A stretch of DNA of 60,432 nucleotides from Minisyncoccota bacterium (GCA_041650415.1 JBAZLC010000004.1:1-60432); one strand, 5' to 3'. Counted from the stretch's first letter, positions 1-8,019 are shown. Numbers and translations are program-made. Notes: generated from the letters alone by a model not told the origin.

Positions 1-1
1 T

Positions 2-661
2 GAAGCAAGCGGAACTCTTTATGACTCAAGCGGTAAGGGAAACAACGGAACTCAATCTGGTGGCGTTACATATGGAGCGACAGGTAAAGTTGGCAATGCG
101 TTAAGCTTTGATGGAGTTGATGATTATATAAATTGCGGAAATAATTCTTTTTATAATTTCGGAACCGGCGGATTTACTGTTGGTGGCTGGGCCTATGTAA
201 AAGGAGAGCCAAGTAATTATGGGGCGGCCCTGATAGATAAAGGCACAGGAGATTTTACAGATGCATCATCGAATCAAAAAGGATTTTGGTTGTCTATTGC
301 AAGAAATTCTAATCCTGTCAGGGATATGAATTGGGCTGTGGGTAATGGCTCGGGTTATAATGCCAAAAGTTATAGTATTAGCAATTTGAATTTACAAAAT
401 ATTTGGCATTATATTGTTGGCGTAGCAGATAATCAATCTGTAAGCGGTCCAAAGTTAAAAATTTATGTCGATGGAGTATTAGTGGGAACAGTAGATAGAA
501 CTTATACGGGGTCCATAGACGCGACTAGTTCTAATTTGTGTATCGGGAAAAGCTGCGCACTTAATAGATTTTTAAATGCAATTATAGATGATATTCGCAT
601 TTATAACCGCGCCCTTTCCGCCGCCGAAGTTCAAGCGCTTTACGCCGCGACAAATAAATAA
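2..661 (+). CDS. LamG / laminin-G_3 (concanavalin A-like lectin) domain protein, C-terminal part; the 5' end lies outside the window
   Basis: Frame 2 is open from base 2 to the TAA at 659-661. The translation GNALSFDGVDDYINCGNN...GGFTVGGWAY...LKIYVDGVLVG...IDDIRIYNRALSAAEVQALY is a typical LamG_3 signature. Confidence 0.8.
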   Translation, partial: EASGTLYDSSGKGNNGTQSGGVTYGATGKVGNALSFDGVDDYINCGNNSFYNFGTGGFTVGGWAYVKGEPSNYGAALIDKGTGDFTDASSNQKGFWLSIARNSNPVRDMNWAVGNGSGYNAKSYSISNLNLQNIWHYIVGVADNQSVSGPKLKIYVDGVLVGTVDRTYTGSIDATSSNLCIGKSCALNRFLNAIIDDIRIYNRALSAAEVQALYAATNK

Positions 662-736
662 TTATTTATAGAGATTATTGATGCTATAAACCTTCATGGC
701 GTGCTATATCATGGCATAGTAAATAATTATTTTTCT

Positions 737-764
737 CAGGCACTATGATTAATCATAGTGCCTG
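737..764. terminator. Perfect 28-bp palindrome downstream of the LamG gene; possible terminator hairpin, but no clear T-tract
   Basis: The sequence caggcactatgattaatcatagtgcctg is self-complementary. Confidence 0.4.
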
Positions 765-822
765 TTATGTGGCCGCATAATAGGTGCTTGTTTTGGCGCG
801 GGCGAACCATTATAATTTTTTA

Positions 823-1305
823 ATGAAATTTAAGACAACTTCTTCAGCACAAACAAAAAAAATCGCCGGGCTTTTGGTGAAAGAGATTTTGGCGTCCCCT
901 CTTTCCACTCGCAATGCTTTAGTTGTGGCTCTTTCCGGAGATTTAGGCAGCGGCAAAACAACTTTTACTCAGGGGTTTTTACGCGGGCTGGGAATAAAAA
1001 ATAAAATTACCAGTCCGACATTTGTGATTGCGAAGAACTACAAACTTCCCTCCTTCGCTAAAGCTACGGCGGGCAAGAAAACACTAAACTACAAACACGC
1101 TTGGCACTTTGATTGTTATAGGATAAAAAAATCCACAGAACTTTCTATTTTGGGCTTTAAAGAAATTTTATCCGACCCCCAGAATATCATTTTAATAGAG
1201 TGGCCCGAAGTTATAAAAAAAGTTTTGCCGAAAAATGCGGTTTGGATAAAATTTGAGCATGGAGAAAAAGAAAACAAAAGAATTATAAATTTTCGTAATG
1301 GGTAA
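823..1305 (+). CDS. tsaE: tRNA t6A37 biosynthesis ATPase TsaE (YjeE)
   Basis: Has the P-loop GDLGSGKTTF plus SPTF and HFDCYR motifs. TATAAT at 811-816 lies 6 nt before the ATG at 823, with no SD, so I prefer 823 over the GTG at 784. Confidence 0.85.
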   Translation: MKFKTTSSAQTKKIAGLLVKEILASPLSTRNALVVALSGDLGSGKTTFTQGFLRGLGIKNKITSPTFVIAKNYKLPSFAKATAGKKTLNYKHAWHFDCYRIKKSTELSILGFKEILSDPQNIILIEWPEVIKKVLPKNAVWIKFEHGEKENKRIINFRNG

Positions 1306-1660
1306 TTACGCAATTTTTAGACGAATTTGTCAAGGGATTAAGAGTGATAGCAATTAAGTCAATTCTCCATCCCCTCTTGTCGTCAACTAAGTTTTGGTAA
1401 TGGCCGGCATATAAGCTGGCCGTTCTTTTTAGTTTTTCAAGTTTAGTTTTTGTCAGGTTATCTTCGGGTTTGATGTTGGGATTTTGCGACAAGGTTTTTA
1501 CCTCCACAAAGACTATGGTTTTGTCTGGCGCTTTAGCGATAATATCCAACTCGCCCCATTTTTGGCGGTAGTTTCGCTCGATTATCTTATATTTCTTATC
1601 AACAAGATATTCGCAGGCGATGTCTTCACCGAGTCGGCCGGTTTGAGATTTTTGGTTCAT
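1283..1660 (-). CDS. yraN: YraN-family (UPF0102) endonuclease-like protein
   Basis: GRLGEDIACEYL...YRQKWGELDIIAK...VFVEVKT matches the YraN pattern. Confidence 0.8.
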   Translation of the reverse strand: MNQKSQTGRLGEDIACEYLVDKKYKIIERNYRQKWGELDIIAKAPDKTIVFVEVKTLSQNPNIKPEDNLTKTKLEKLKRTASLYAGHYQNLVDDKRGWRIDLIAITLNPLTNSSKNCVITHYENL

Positions 1661-1679
1661 GTTGATATAATTTTAATAT

Positions 1680-2198
1680 ATGTATGACGGAGACACAACG
1701 CCTGGAGAGTTGGGAGCGTTGGTTGACAAACACTCTGTGCCAAAAAATGGGTTGAGCTACGAATATATTCGTGGTTTGGTTGACGGCGAAGGCTGTTTTA
1801 CTTTTTATCCGGGTTATAAAAACAAAAGTGGCAGAAAGTCTAAATTGCCAGCTTTTGTTTTGGCCATGAATGAGCGAGATAAAAAGTTAATAGAACTGGT
1901 TAGGGACGCGCTTGGTCTTAGAAACAAAATTTATATTAGAAATTCTTCGGATAAAGATGGCCATAAAAGGAGCGACGTCGCTGTTCTTGTAGTTAGGGAA
2001 TTCGACCAGTTAAAAGATATAATTATCCCCTTTTTCTACGGAAAACTTAGGGGTTATAAGGGCGAGCAATTTATTGCTTGGTTAGAGAAAATTGGCAGCG
2101 ACCCTGATGTCTCTGATAGATATAAATCTTTATATCGTCTTTATAAGTGGGGGATATTTGGGAAACTCTCCAAATTTACAGAAAAATTTAAAGACTAA
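1680..2198 (+). CDS. Free-standing single-motif LAGLIDADG homing-endonuclease-like protein
   Basis: Contains the motif YIRGLVDGEGCFTF followed by LPAFVLAMNERDKKLIELVRDALG. TATAAT lies just upstream of the ATG. Confidence 0.75.
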   Translation: MYDGDTTPGELGALVDKHSVPKNGLSYEYIRGLVDGEGCFTFYPGYKNKSGRKSKLPAFVLAMNERDKKLIELVRDALGLRNKIYIRNSSDKDGHKRSDVAVLVVREFDQLKDIIIPFFYGKLRGYKGEQFIAWLEKIGSDPDVSDRYKSLYRLYKWGIFGKLSKFTEKFKD

Positions 2199-2307
2199 CC
2201 CTAAAATTTGTTTCAAAGTGTTGGTCAACCAACATTCTTAATGATTTTTTCCCTGGAATTTCTAAAAAACGTAGTATTCATGCGATTACTCAGTAATGCG
2301 ATAAAAC

Positions 2308-2328
2308 CTACACTTTTAAAAAGTGTAG
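2308..2328. repeat. Palindrome with 10-bp arms, in a repeat-rich spacer that also carries the direct repeat GTAGTATTCAT at 2271-2281 and 2325-2335
   Basis: ctacactttt-a-aaaagtgtag; the 11-mer direct repeat was read directly from the sequence. Confidence 0.6.
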
Positions 2329-2395
2329 TATTCATCTGCTTACCGGGTTTTTCGGGTTTTCCTGATTTATGAGGTTTTGCAGAAAAAGTTGGAAA

Positions 2396-2443
2396 ATAAA
2401 AAAAACCACCCAAGTCGTCGATTGACGATGATGTCTTGGGTGG
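2396..2443 (-). terminator. Rho-independent terminator of the 2470-2850 gene
   Basis: Stem ccacccaag (2406-2414) pairs with cttgggtgg (2435-2443). The A-run at 2396-2405 gives a T-tract on the minus strand. Confidence 0.75.
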
Positions 2444-2469
2444 GGTCTATCTGTGCTACTTGGAGATTC

Positions 2470-2850
2470 TTATGCGTGGGTATCGATCTTGGTGCCTTTG
2501 GTACCAAGATCCGGGCCGATGTCGATGATGGGATTGTCCTTGTTGGTGGTGGCCGAAGGCACGATGTCCGGTGCCAGAAGTATGGCACTCAGGAACATTT
2601 GCCTGGTAACCTCGGGCGAACAGGCCGCGTGGATTTCCCGGAGTTTTTTCATGACTCCGTCAGCCTCCTTTTCAGGAATAACCATCTCTTTCAGAATCTG
2701 AGTCCCGAAGAGAAGGGCGCCAATCAATATGGCGCCTTGGATATTGTCCGGGTGTTCATTCTTGAAAAGCTCGGTCGCTTTTTCAACGACCTGACCGATT
2801 TTCTTGGGGATGACCACATGGGCTGGTCCCCGTTCGACCGTTCCATTCAT
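2470..2850 (-). CDS. Hypothetical 126-aa protein in GC-rich island A
   Basis: AAGGAGG sits 5 nt upstream of the ATG (plus-strand 2856-2862). Upstream promoter TTGATT-17-TATAAT, downstream terminator. I counted 35/60 G+C by hand in 2521-2580. No family recognised. Confidence 0.65.
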   Translation of the reverse strand: MNGTVERGPAHVVIPKKIGQVVEKATELFKNEHPDNIQGAILIGALLFGTQILKEMVIPEKEADGVMKKLREIHAACSPEVTRQMFLSAILLAPDIVPSATTNKDNPIIDIGPDLGTKGTKIDTHA

Positions 2851-3022
2851 ATAAACCTCCTTAAAAGTTCAATTTCGTCTGAAATTAGACGATAATTTAT
2901 TATAACACAAATACAATAAAAAATCAAGGGTTTGTTATTTTGTTTTAAATTTGATACTTTGAAATTAGAAAGTAAATAAAAATCGAAACTTGAAAACAAA
3001 ATATATGAAAGGAGGGTGAGTC

Positions 3023-3823
3023 ATGAAAAGAATTTTGGGGTTTGTCGCCTTTATTCTTGTTTTCGTGTTTTTTCTGGTGTTTAGCGTCGCGACATCTCAC
3101 GGAAGCGTAAATAACCAGTTTAATAGAATAGAAGACAGGTTGGCGAAAAAACTTGCGGGTGAAGTTGGAAAATCGGAAATCGAAAATATTTTTTCCGACC
3201 CGCGCGTTTGCTTGCAGCCGGAACTTCTGAAAAAACTGGACGCGAAAGGGAAAGGGTTAAGCTATTTCAGTTCCGAGTTCGGACTGCTTAATTTTCTGTC
3301 GTTGTGGCGGGGGAGAAGTGTCTTGAAAAACAATAGCGATGTTTTCTCCGGGATTGAGAAGCGATATGAGGTTGAGAAAGAAGCGCTGGCGGCGATTTTC
3401 CGGATAGAAACAAATTTCGGCGAAAACACCGGCAAATACCGCACATTCAACGCCTTGCTGACATTTTCGGTTCTGAAAAATCGCAGGTCGGAATGGGCGG
3501 AAAAAGAGCTGGCGAATTTGCTTTTACTCAGCTTTCGGAACCAATTGGATGTTTTGGGCATCCATGGTTCATGGGCTGGCGCTTTTGGTTTGTGCCAGTT
3601 TGTGCCGACATCATTTTTGGCTTATGCCGTTGACGGCAATGGCGACGGGAGAGCGGATCTGTTTGTTTTTGAAGACGCCATGGCATCAGCGGCGAATTAC
3701 CTCAGGCGTCACGGCTGGAAAAACGGCGACGTCGAGAAAAAGAAAAAGGCAATCTTCGCTTATAATCGCAGCGAGGAATACGTGAAAGCCGTTTTGGCGT
3801 ATGCCGAGGCGGTAAAGAAATGA
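3023..3823 (+). CDS. Lytic murein transglycosylase (MltB / SLT_2-like) with N-terminal signal or anchor
   Basis: Motifs AIFRIETNFGENTG and GAFGLCQFVPTSFLAYAVDGNGDGRADL. SD AAGGAGGG at 3009-3016. Confidence 0.8.
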   Translation: MKRILGFVAFILVFVFFLVFSVATSHGSVNNQFNRIEDRLAKKLAGEVGKSEIENIFSDPRVCLQPELLKKLDAKGKGLSYFSSEFGLLNFLSLWRGRSVLKNNSDVFSGIEKRYEVEKEALAAIFRIETNFGENTGKYRTFNALLTFSVLKNRRSEWAEKELANLLLLSFRNQLDVLGIHGSWAGAFGLCQFVPTSFLAYAVDGNGDGRADLFVFEDAMASAANYLRRHGWKNGDVEKKKKAIFAYNRSEEYVKAVLAYAEAVKK

Positions 3824-3852
3824 CAACTATAACTTGTAGCTTGCGACACAGA

Positions 3853-3887
3853 CGGCCCGTTTCAGAGATGAGCGGGCCGGTTTTTTA
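3853..3887 (+). terminator. Rho-independent terminator of the transglycosylase gene
   Basis: cggcccg (3853-3859) pairs with cgggccg (3873-3879), followed by TTTTTT. Confidence 0.75.
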
Positions 3888-3893
3888 TTTTCT

Positions 3894-3922
3894 TTGACTT
3901 AAAGAATTTTATGGTTTATAAT
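3894..3922 (+). promoter_or_regulatory. Sigma70-like promoter for the small zinc-ribbon ORF
   Basis: TTGACT (3894-3899), 17-nt spacer, TATAAT (3917-3922). Confidence 0.55.
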
Positions 3923-3978
3923 AAAATTAGATCGGTGATAGTCGTAGCCGCAGAATAATTAATTTAAAAATTAAAGAT

Positions 3979-4137
3979 ATGGAATGTAAATGCCCGAAAT
4001 GCGGTTATACCGCCGAGCAGGAAGGAGACACCTGCGTGTGCCCGACTTGCGGTGTTCCAGCCACTGAAGAAAAAGAAGAGGCTGCTTCTACAGAAGCTGC
4101 TCCTTCCGAATCTCAGGAGCCGGAAGCTACGGTTTAA
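3979..4137 (+). CDS. 52-aa zinc-ribbon protein with an acidic tail; below the size cut-off of the supplied ORF track
   Basis: Hand translation: MECKCPKCGYTAEQEGDTCVCPTCGVPATEEKEEAASTEAAPSESQEPEATV. It has two CxxC pairs, its own promoter upstream and a terminator directly downstream. Confidence 0.6.
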   Translation: MECKCPKCGYTAEQEGDTCVCPTCGVPATEEKEEAASTEAAPSESQEPEATV

Positions 4138-4145
4138 AAATTAAA

Positions 4146-4171
4146 ATCCGCCCGAAATGGGCGGATTTTTT
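4146..4171 (+). terminator. Rho-independent terminator
   Basis: atccgccc pairs with gggcggat, followed by TTTTTT. Confidence 0.75.
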
Positions 4172-4172
4172 G

Positions 4173-4244
4173 TGGGCATGGAGGGATTCGAACCCCCGGC
4201 CAATCGTGTATAAGACGACCGCTCTACCACTGAGCTACATGCCC
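4173..4244 (-). tRNA. tRNA-Ile, anticodon UAU; CCA not encoded
   Basis: Hand-folded cloverleaf: GGGCATG TA GCTC AGTGGTA GAGC G GTCGT CTTATAC ACGAT TGGCC GGGGG TTCGAAT CCCTC CATGCCC A. Confidence 0.85.
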
Positions 4245-4249
4245 TTAAT

Positions 4250-4303
4250 GAACTACAAACTACGAACCACAAACACTTAAACACTAAAACACCACTGAAA
4301 CAT
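4250..4303. repeat. Heptanucleotide satellite, RAACYAC-type units
   Basis: gaactac aaactac gaaccac aaacact taaacac taaaaca. Confidence 0.7.
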
Positions 4304-4316
4304 CATTAAAACGCGC

Positions 4317-6152
4317 TTAAATACTTACTTGTTTTAATTTAAAGCTTTTTATAAGGTTGTCAAATTCTTCACGTTCAAGCGTTTCTTTTTCCATAAGTTT
4401 CACGGCAATGGCCTTAAGGACGTTCTTTCTTGAAGAAATTATTTTTTGCGCCGAGATAAGCGCTTTATTCATAAAATTTTTTACTTCGCCGTCAATTTCA
4501 GCGGCGATTTTTTCGGAATAATTTTTCTCAGTGGCGATTTCGCGTCCTAGGAAAACCATTTCTTCGCTTTTGCCGTAAGTAATCGGCCCGAGTTTCTCGG
4601 ACATGCCGAATTTTGTAATAAGTTTTCTGGCGATTTCCGAAGCACTTTGCAGGTCGCTTGATGCTCCGGTTGAAATATCGCCGAATGTCGCTTTCTCAGA
4701 AACATAACCACCCAAGAGAATTGCCAAGTCGGTCATAAATTGATTCTTGGTTCGCAGGCTTTCGTCTTCAATAGGCATTTTTAACGTGTAGCCTCCGGCT
4801 CGGCCGCGGCTGATGATGGAAATTTTATGAACCGGGTCGGCATTTTTCAAGCTTGTGGCGATAAGCGCGTGGCCGGCTTCGTGGTACGCGGTAATTTCTT
4901 TTTCTTTGTTTGAAATAACCCGGCTGCGGCGTTCCGGTCCGAGTAAAACTTTTTCAATGGAGTTAAGAATATCTAATTGATTTATTTCTTTTTGATTTTT
5001 TCGCGCCGCTAAAATCGCCGCCTCATTCATAAGATTGGCAAGCTCGGCGCCGGAGAACCCCGGAGTTCTTTCGGCTACCCGGCGCAGATTAACGTCTTTT
5101 GCCAGCATTTTTCCTCTGCTGTGAATTTTCAAAATTTCTTCGCGGTCATTGATGCCCGGCATGTCTAAAATAATCCGGCGGTCGAATCTTCCGGGACGCA
5201 GAAGCGCGGGGTCCAAAATATCCGGCCGATTGGTCGCCGCGATAACAATGACTTGTGTTTCTCTATCAAAGCCGTCCATTTCAACTAAGATTTGGTTCAA
5301 TGTTTGTTCTCGTTCGTCATGGCCTCCACCGACTCCGGCGCCTCTTTCTCTGCCAATAGCATCTATTTCATCGATAAAAAGTATGCTGGGGGCGGCTTTT
5401 TTGGCCGTGTCAAAGGCGTCGCGGGTTCTTGCCGCGCCGACGCCGACAAACATTTCAACGAATTCCGAAGCGGAAATATGAAAAAATGGCACTTGGGCTT
5501 CGCCGGCAACCGCTTGCGCTAATAAAGTTTTTCCCGTTCCCGGGCTGCCTAAAAGCAAAACTCCGCGGGGGATCCTGGCGCCGATTTCAAGATATTTTTT
5601 CGGGTTTTTCAAAAAATCGACAACTTCAAGAAGCTCTTCTTTCGCTTCTTTGAGTCCCGCGACATTATTGAAGGTTATTCTGTCTTTAAAGTGGGCGAAG
5701 AGTTTTATATTGGCTTTGCCGAATGTAAACGCCTGGCTCATGCCGGTTTTTGCCTGGCGAAAAGTGAACCAAAAGAAAGCTCCAATTATCAAAAGCGTGA
5801 TAAGCGGAGTGATTAAAACGCCAAGCCAAAATTTCCAACCCGATTCATCCTGAATTTCAAAACCTACTTTTTGAAGGGCTGCCGGGTCAACACCGTAATT
5901 TTTCAGAGTCTCAACAAGTCCGGCCTCAGTTTCTTTTTTTGAAGTCGCCGTGGAATTATCTTTTAAGGTAATCGCTATGTCATTTCCATTAACGGTAATT
6001 TTAGAAACTTCTCCTGAATCTATTTTGGAAACCAATTGGTCGATGCTCAAAACGACCGGCGTTGTTTGCTCGGTATAAAAAAGCGAAAAAAGAAATGAAA
6101 TTACCAAGAGAGTGGTAATCGCCCAAAAGATATTTTTTGATAAAGATTTCAT
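4317..6152 (-). CDS. ftsH: ATP-dependent zinc metalloprotease FtsH
   Basis: Walker [12 protein letters not shown] second region of homology, zinc site HEAGHA, and two N-terminal TM segments. TATAAT lies 6 nt before the ATG. Confidence 0.95.
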   Translation of the reverse strand: MKSLSKNIFWAITTLLVISFLFSLFYTEQTTPVVLSIDQLVSKIDSGEVSKITVNGNDIAITLKDNSTATSKKETEAGLVETLKNYGVDPAALQKVGFEIQDESGWKFWLGVLITPLITLLIIGAFFWFTFRQAKTGMSQAFTFGKANIKLFAHFKDRITFNNVAGLKEAKEELLEVVDFLKNPKKYLEIGARIPRGVLLLGSPGTGKTLLAQAVAGEAQVPFFHISASEFVEMFVGVGAARTRDAFDTAKKAAPSILFIDEIDAIGRERGAGVGGGHDEREQTLNQILVEMDGFDRETQVIVIAATNRPDILDPALLRPGRFDRRIILDMPGINDREEILKIHSRGKMLAKDVNLRRVAERTPGFSGAELANLMNEAAILAARKNQKEINQLDILNSIEKVLLGPERRSRVISNKEKEITAYHEAGHALIATSLKNADPVHKISIISRGRAGGYTLKMPIEDESLRTKNQFMTDLAILLGGYVSEKATFGDISTGASSDLQSASEIARKLITKFGMSEKLGPITYGKSEEMVFLGREIATEKNYSEKIAAEIDGEVKNFMNKALISAQKIISSRKNVLKAIAVKLMEKETLEREEFDNLIKSFKLKQVSI

Positions 6153-6204
6153 ATATTTATTATACTCGTTTTTTAGAAATTTTATAACAGTGTTAAAGAG
6201 TTTA

Positions 6205-6563
6205 TTATTTCCTCTTCACCGCGCTCCAGCGTAAGTGAGTTCAGAAAATTTTATTTTCCCTCAACCCGCTTCGCTCGCCCAGCGTGCTCGCTCGCTTGTT
6301 CCTCGGCTCGCTCGTCCCGCTTCGCGGGACACCATGCCCGCTCGCCTGCGCAGGTTTCGGCTAAAACAAAATTTTCTTCTCAAATATAAGACAGAGAAAT
6401 CTCTCCGTAGTGAATGTCGCGGAAAGCGTCTTAAATTAAACGAGCGAGTAGCCGATTTGAGGGGTACCCCGAGCGAAGGCGAACAGGGTCGCAAATCGGC
6501 GTATATGAGCGAGTTATTAATTTGACGCTTGGAGCGTATGAGCGAGGAGAGATTTCTATGTCT
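6205..6563. repeat. GC-rich composite palindromic repeat. Core element 6389-6563 has 18-bp terminal inverted repeats; 6205-6388 looks like a degenerate inverted copy.
   Basis: agacagagaaatctctcc (6389-6406) versus ggagagatttctatgtct (6546-6563). Positions 6457-6557 are the reverse complement of 60332-60432 with one mismatch. CGCTCG motifs fill the left half and GAGCGAG the right half. Confidence 0.8.
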
Positions 6564-6565
6564 TC

Positions 6566-7657
6566 CTAAGCCATCTTCAACGAGATGCGTCTTTCCTCGG
6601 TTTTTACGGAGTCAACGAGGAATTTATATTTTTTGCCAAGTTCCAAAGCCTTCTTCATTTCTTCGGCTCCGCCGAAGTTGGTGACGTGAATCATTCCTTG
6701 GAGATTATTTTCAAGGTTTATATACGCGCCGAACGGGTTGAATTTATAAACAATACCTTCAATTTTTTCGCCTTCTTTTATTTTATCGCCGACATTTTCC
6801 CATGGGTCAGCTTTGAGGGCTTTAATGGAAAGGAACACTCTGCCGTCTTTTATTTCGGTGATTTTAGCCTTTATTTGCTCGTCAATTTTGACTATTTCTT
6901 TCGGGTTGTCTATTACTCTGTATTCAATTTCGGCAATATGAACCAATCCTTCAATTGCCGGATTGTCTATGAATTTCACAAAAACTCCGAAATCGGCGAT
7001 TCCCGAAACAATGCAGTCGACAACGTCGCCGACATTGTATTTGGCAAGCAGTTCTTTGAGGTCGTTTTCAAAAGCGCCTTTCTCGGAAATTATTAATTTT
7101 TCATTTCTCGGATTAATATCCAAAATTCTGACTTTTATTTCTTCGCCGACGAGCTTTCTAAGCTCCGCGAGAATTTTTGATTTATCCGCGTCATCGACTC
7201 TCGGGTAATGTTCTCCGGCGAGTTGAGAAACCGGAAGAAAAGCTTTGACTTCATTTACGTTCGCGACCAAGCCGCCGCTGTTGGCGCCGATGATTTTTAC
7301 CGTAATCGGTTCATTACTGTCTTTTATCTCTTTAAGTTTTTGCCAATTCTTCTGGTGATGGGCGCTGGCAAGCGAAAGTTCCACATGTCCGTCTTCATCT
7401 TCGGCGTTTAAAACTTTCGCCGAAATTACTTCGCCGATTTTAAGTTCTTTTAAAATTGATTTGGCGTTTGAAAATTCTACGCCATAAACCGCGCCGGTTC
7501 CGAATTTGCCCAAATCAAAATAGGCCGAGCGGGGATTTTTTTGCATAAGCTTGGCGTCTATAACTTCTCCGTCCCTTAAAAAAGGAATGGAATCCGGGTC
7601 GTTTTTCAAGGCGTGAGCCACGTAAGAATTATTCTTTTTTGTCGCGTTCAATATCAT
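6566..7657 (-). CDS. rpsA: 30S ribosomal protein S1, short form with four S1 domains
   Basis: Repeated S1 OB-fold motifs such as GEVISAKV, GDVVDCIVSGIADFGVFVKF and GEKIEGIVYKFNPFGAYINL. Confidence 0.85.
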   Translation of the reverse strand: MILNATKKNNSYVAHALKNDPDSIPFLRDGEVIDAKLMQKNPRSAYFDLGKFGTGAVYGVEFSNAKSILKELKIGEVISAKVLNAEDEDGHVELSLASAHHQKNWQKLKEIKDSNEPITVKIIGANSGGLVANVNEVKAFLPVSQLAGEHYPRVDDADKSKILAELRKLVGEEIKVRILDINPRNEKLIISEKGAFENDLKELLAKYNVGDVVDCIVSGIADFGVFVKFIDNPAIEGLVHIAEIEYRVIDNPKEIVKIDEQIKAKITEIKDGRVFLSIKALKADPWENVGDKIKEGEKIEGIVYKFNPFGAYINLENNLQGMIHVTNFGGAEEMKKALELGKKYKFLVDSVKTEERRISLKMA

Positions 7658-7750
7658 AATAGATAGAATAGTAATCAGGAATTACTTAATAGTCAAGTGA
7701 TTTGGCGGATAATCTTGACTTATAAATAAAAATAAATTATTCTTGGAAAT

Positions 7751-8017
7751 ATGTTAACTACCCGCAAAAAGCAAAATTTAATAAAAGATTTTCGCAAACA
7801 CGAAAAAGATACCGGCTCGAACGAAGTCCAGGCGGCTCTTTTGAACAAGCAAATTTTGGAGCTTGTAGACCATCTGAAGAAACATCCGAAAGACAATCAC
7901 TCGAGAAGGGGACTTTTGAAAATGGTTTCAAAAAGGAAGAAACTTTTGGATTATTTGTCTAAAACAGACCCCAAGAGCCACGCCTCGATGATAAAGAGCC
8001 TTGGTTTGAAAAAATAA
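7751..8017 (+). CDS. rpsO: 30S ribosomal protein S15
   Basis: GSNEVQAALLNKQILELVDHLKKHPKDNHSRRGLLKMVSKRKKLLDYL. Confidence 0.95.
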   Translation: MLTTRKKQNLIKDFRKHEKDTGSNEVQAALLNKQILELVDHLKKHPKDNHSRRGLLKMVSKRKKLLDYLSKTDPKSHASMIKSLGLKK

Positions 8018-8019
8018 AA

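Noticed and set aside
784-822. Upstream extensions of tsaE (784), the cysteine desulfurase (13911), the 23173 ORF and pheT (32856)
   Set aside because: These use non-ATG starts or give hydrophobic junk. The downstream ATGs coincide with TATAAT boxes, conserved family N-termini, or both.
2377-2895. 172-aa plus-strand ORF (and 2453-2701) antisense to the island A gene
   Set aside because: The promoter, AAGGAGG and terminator all fit the minus-strand 2470-2850 ORF. The plus-strand translation is Arg/Gly-rich junk typical of antisense frames in GC-rich DNA.
6235-6525. ORFs 6235-6525 (+) and 6261-6494 (-), which give Arg/Ser/Leu-rich peptides
   Set aside because: They lie wholly inside the GC-rich palindromic repeat and are low-complexity mirror images of each other. 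They have no SD or backbone-style promoter-ATG start. I treat them as non-coding repeat sequence.
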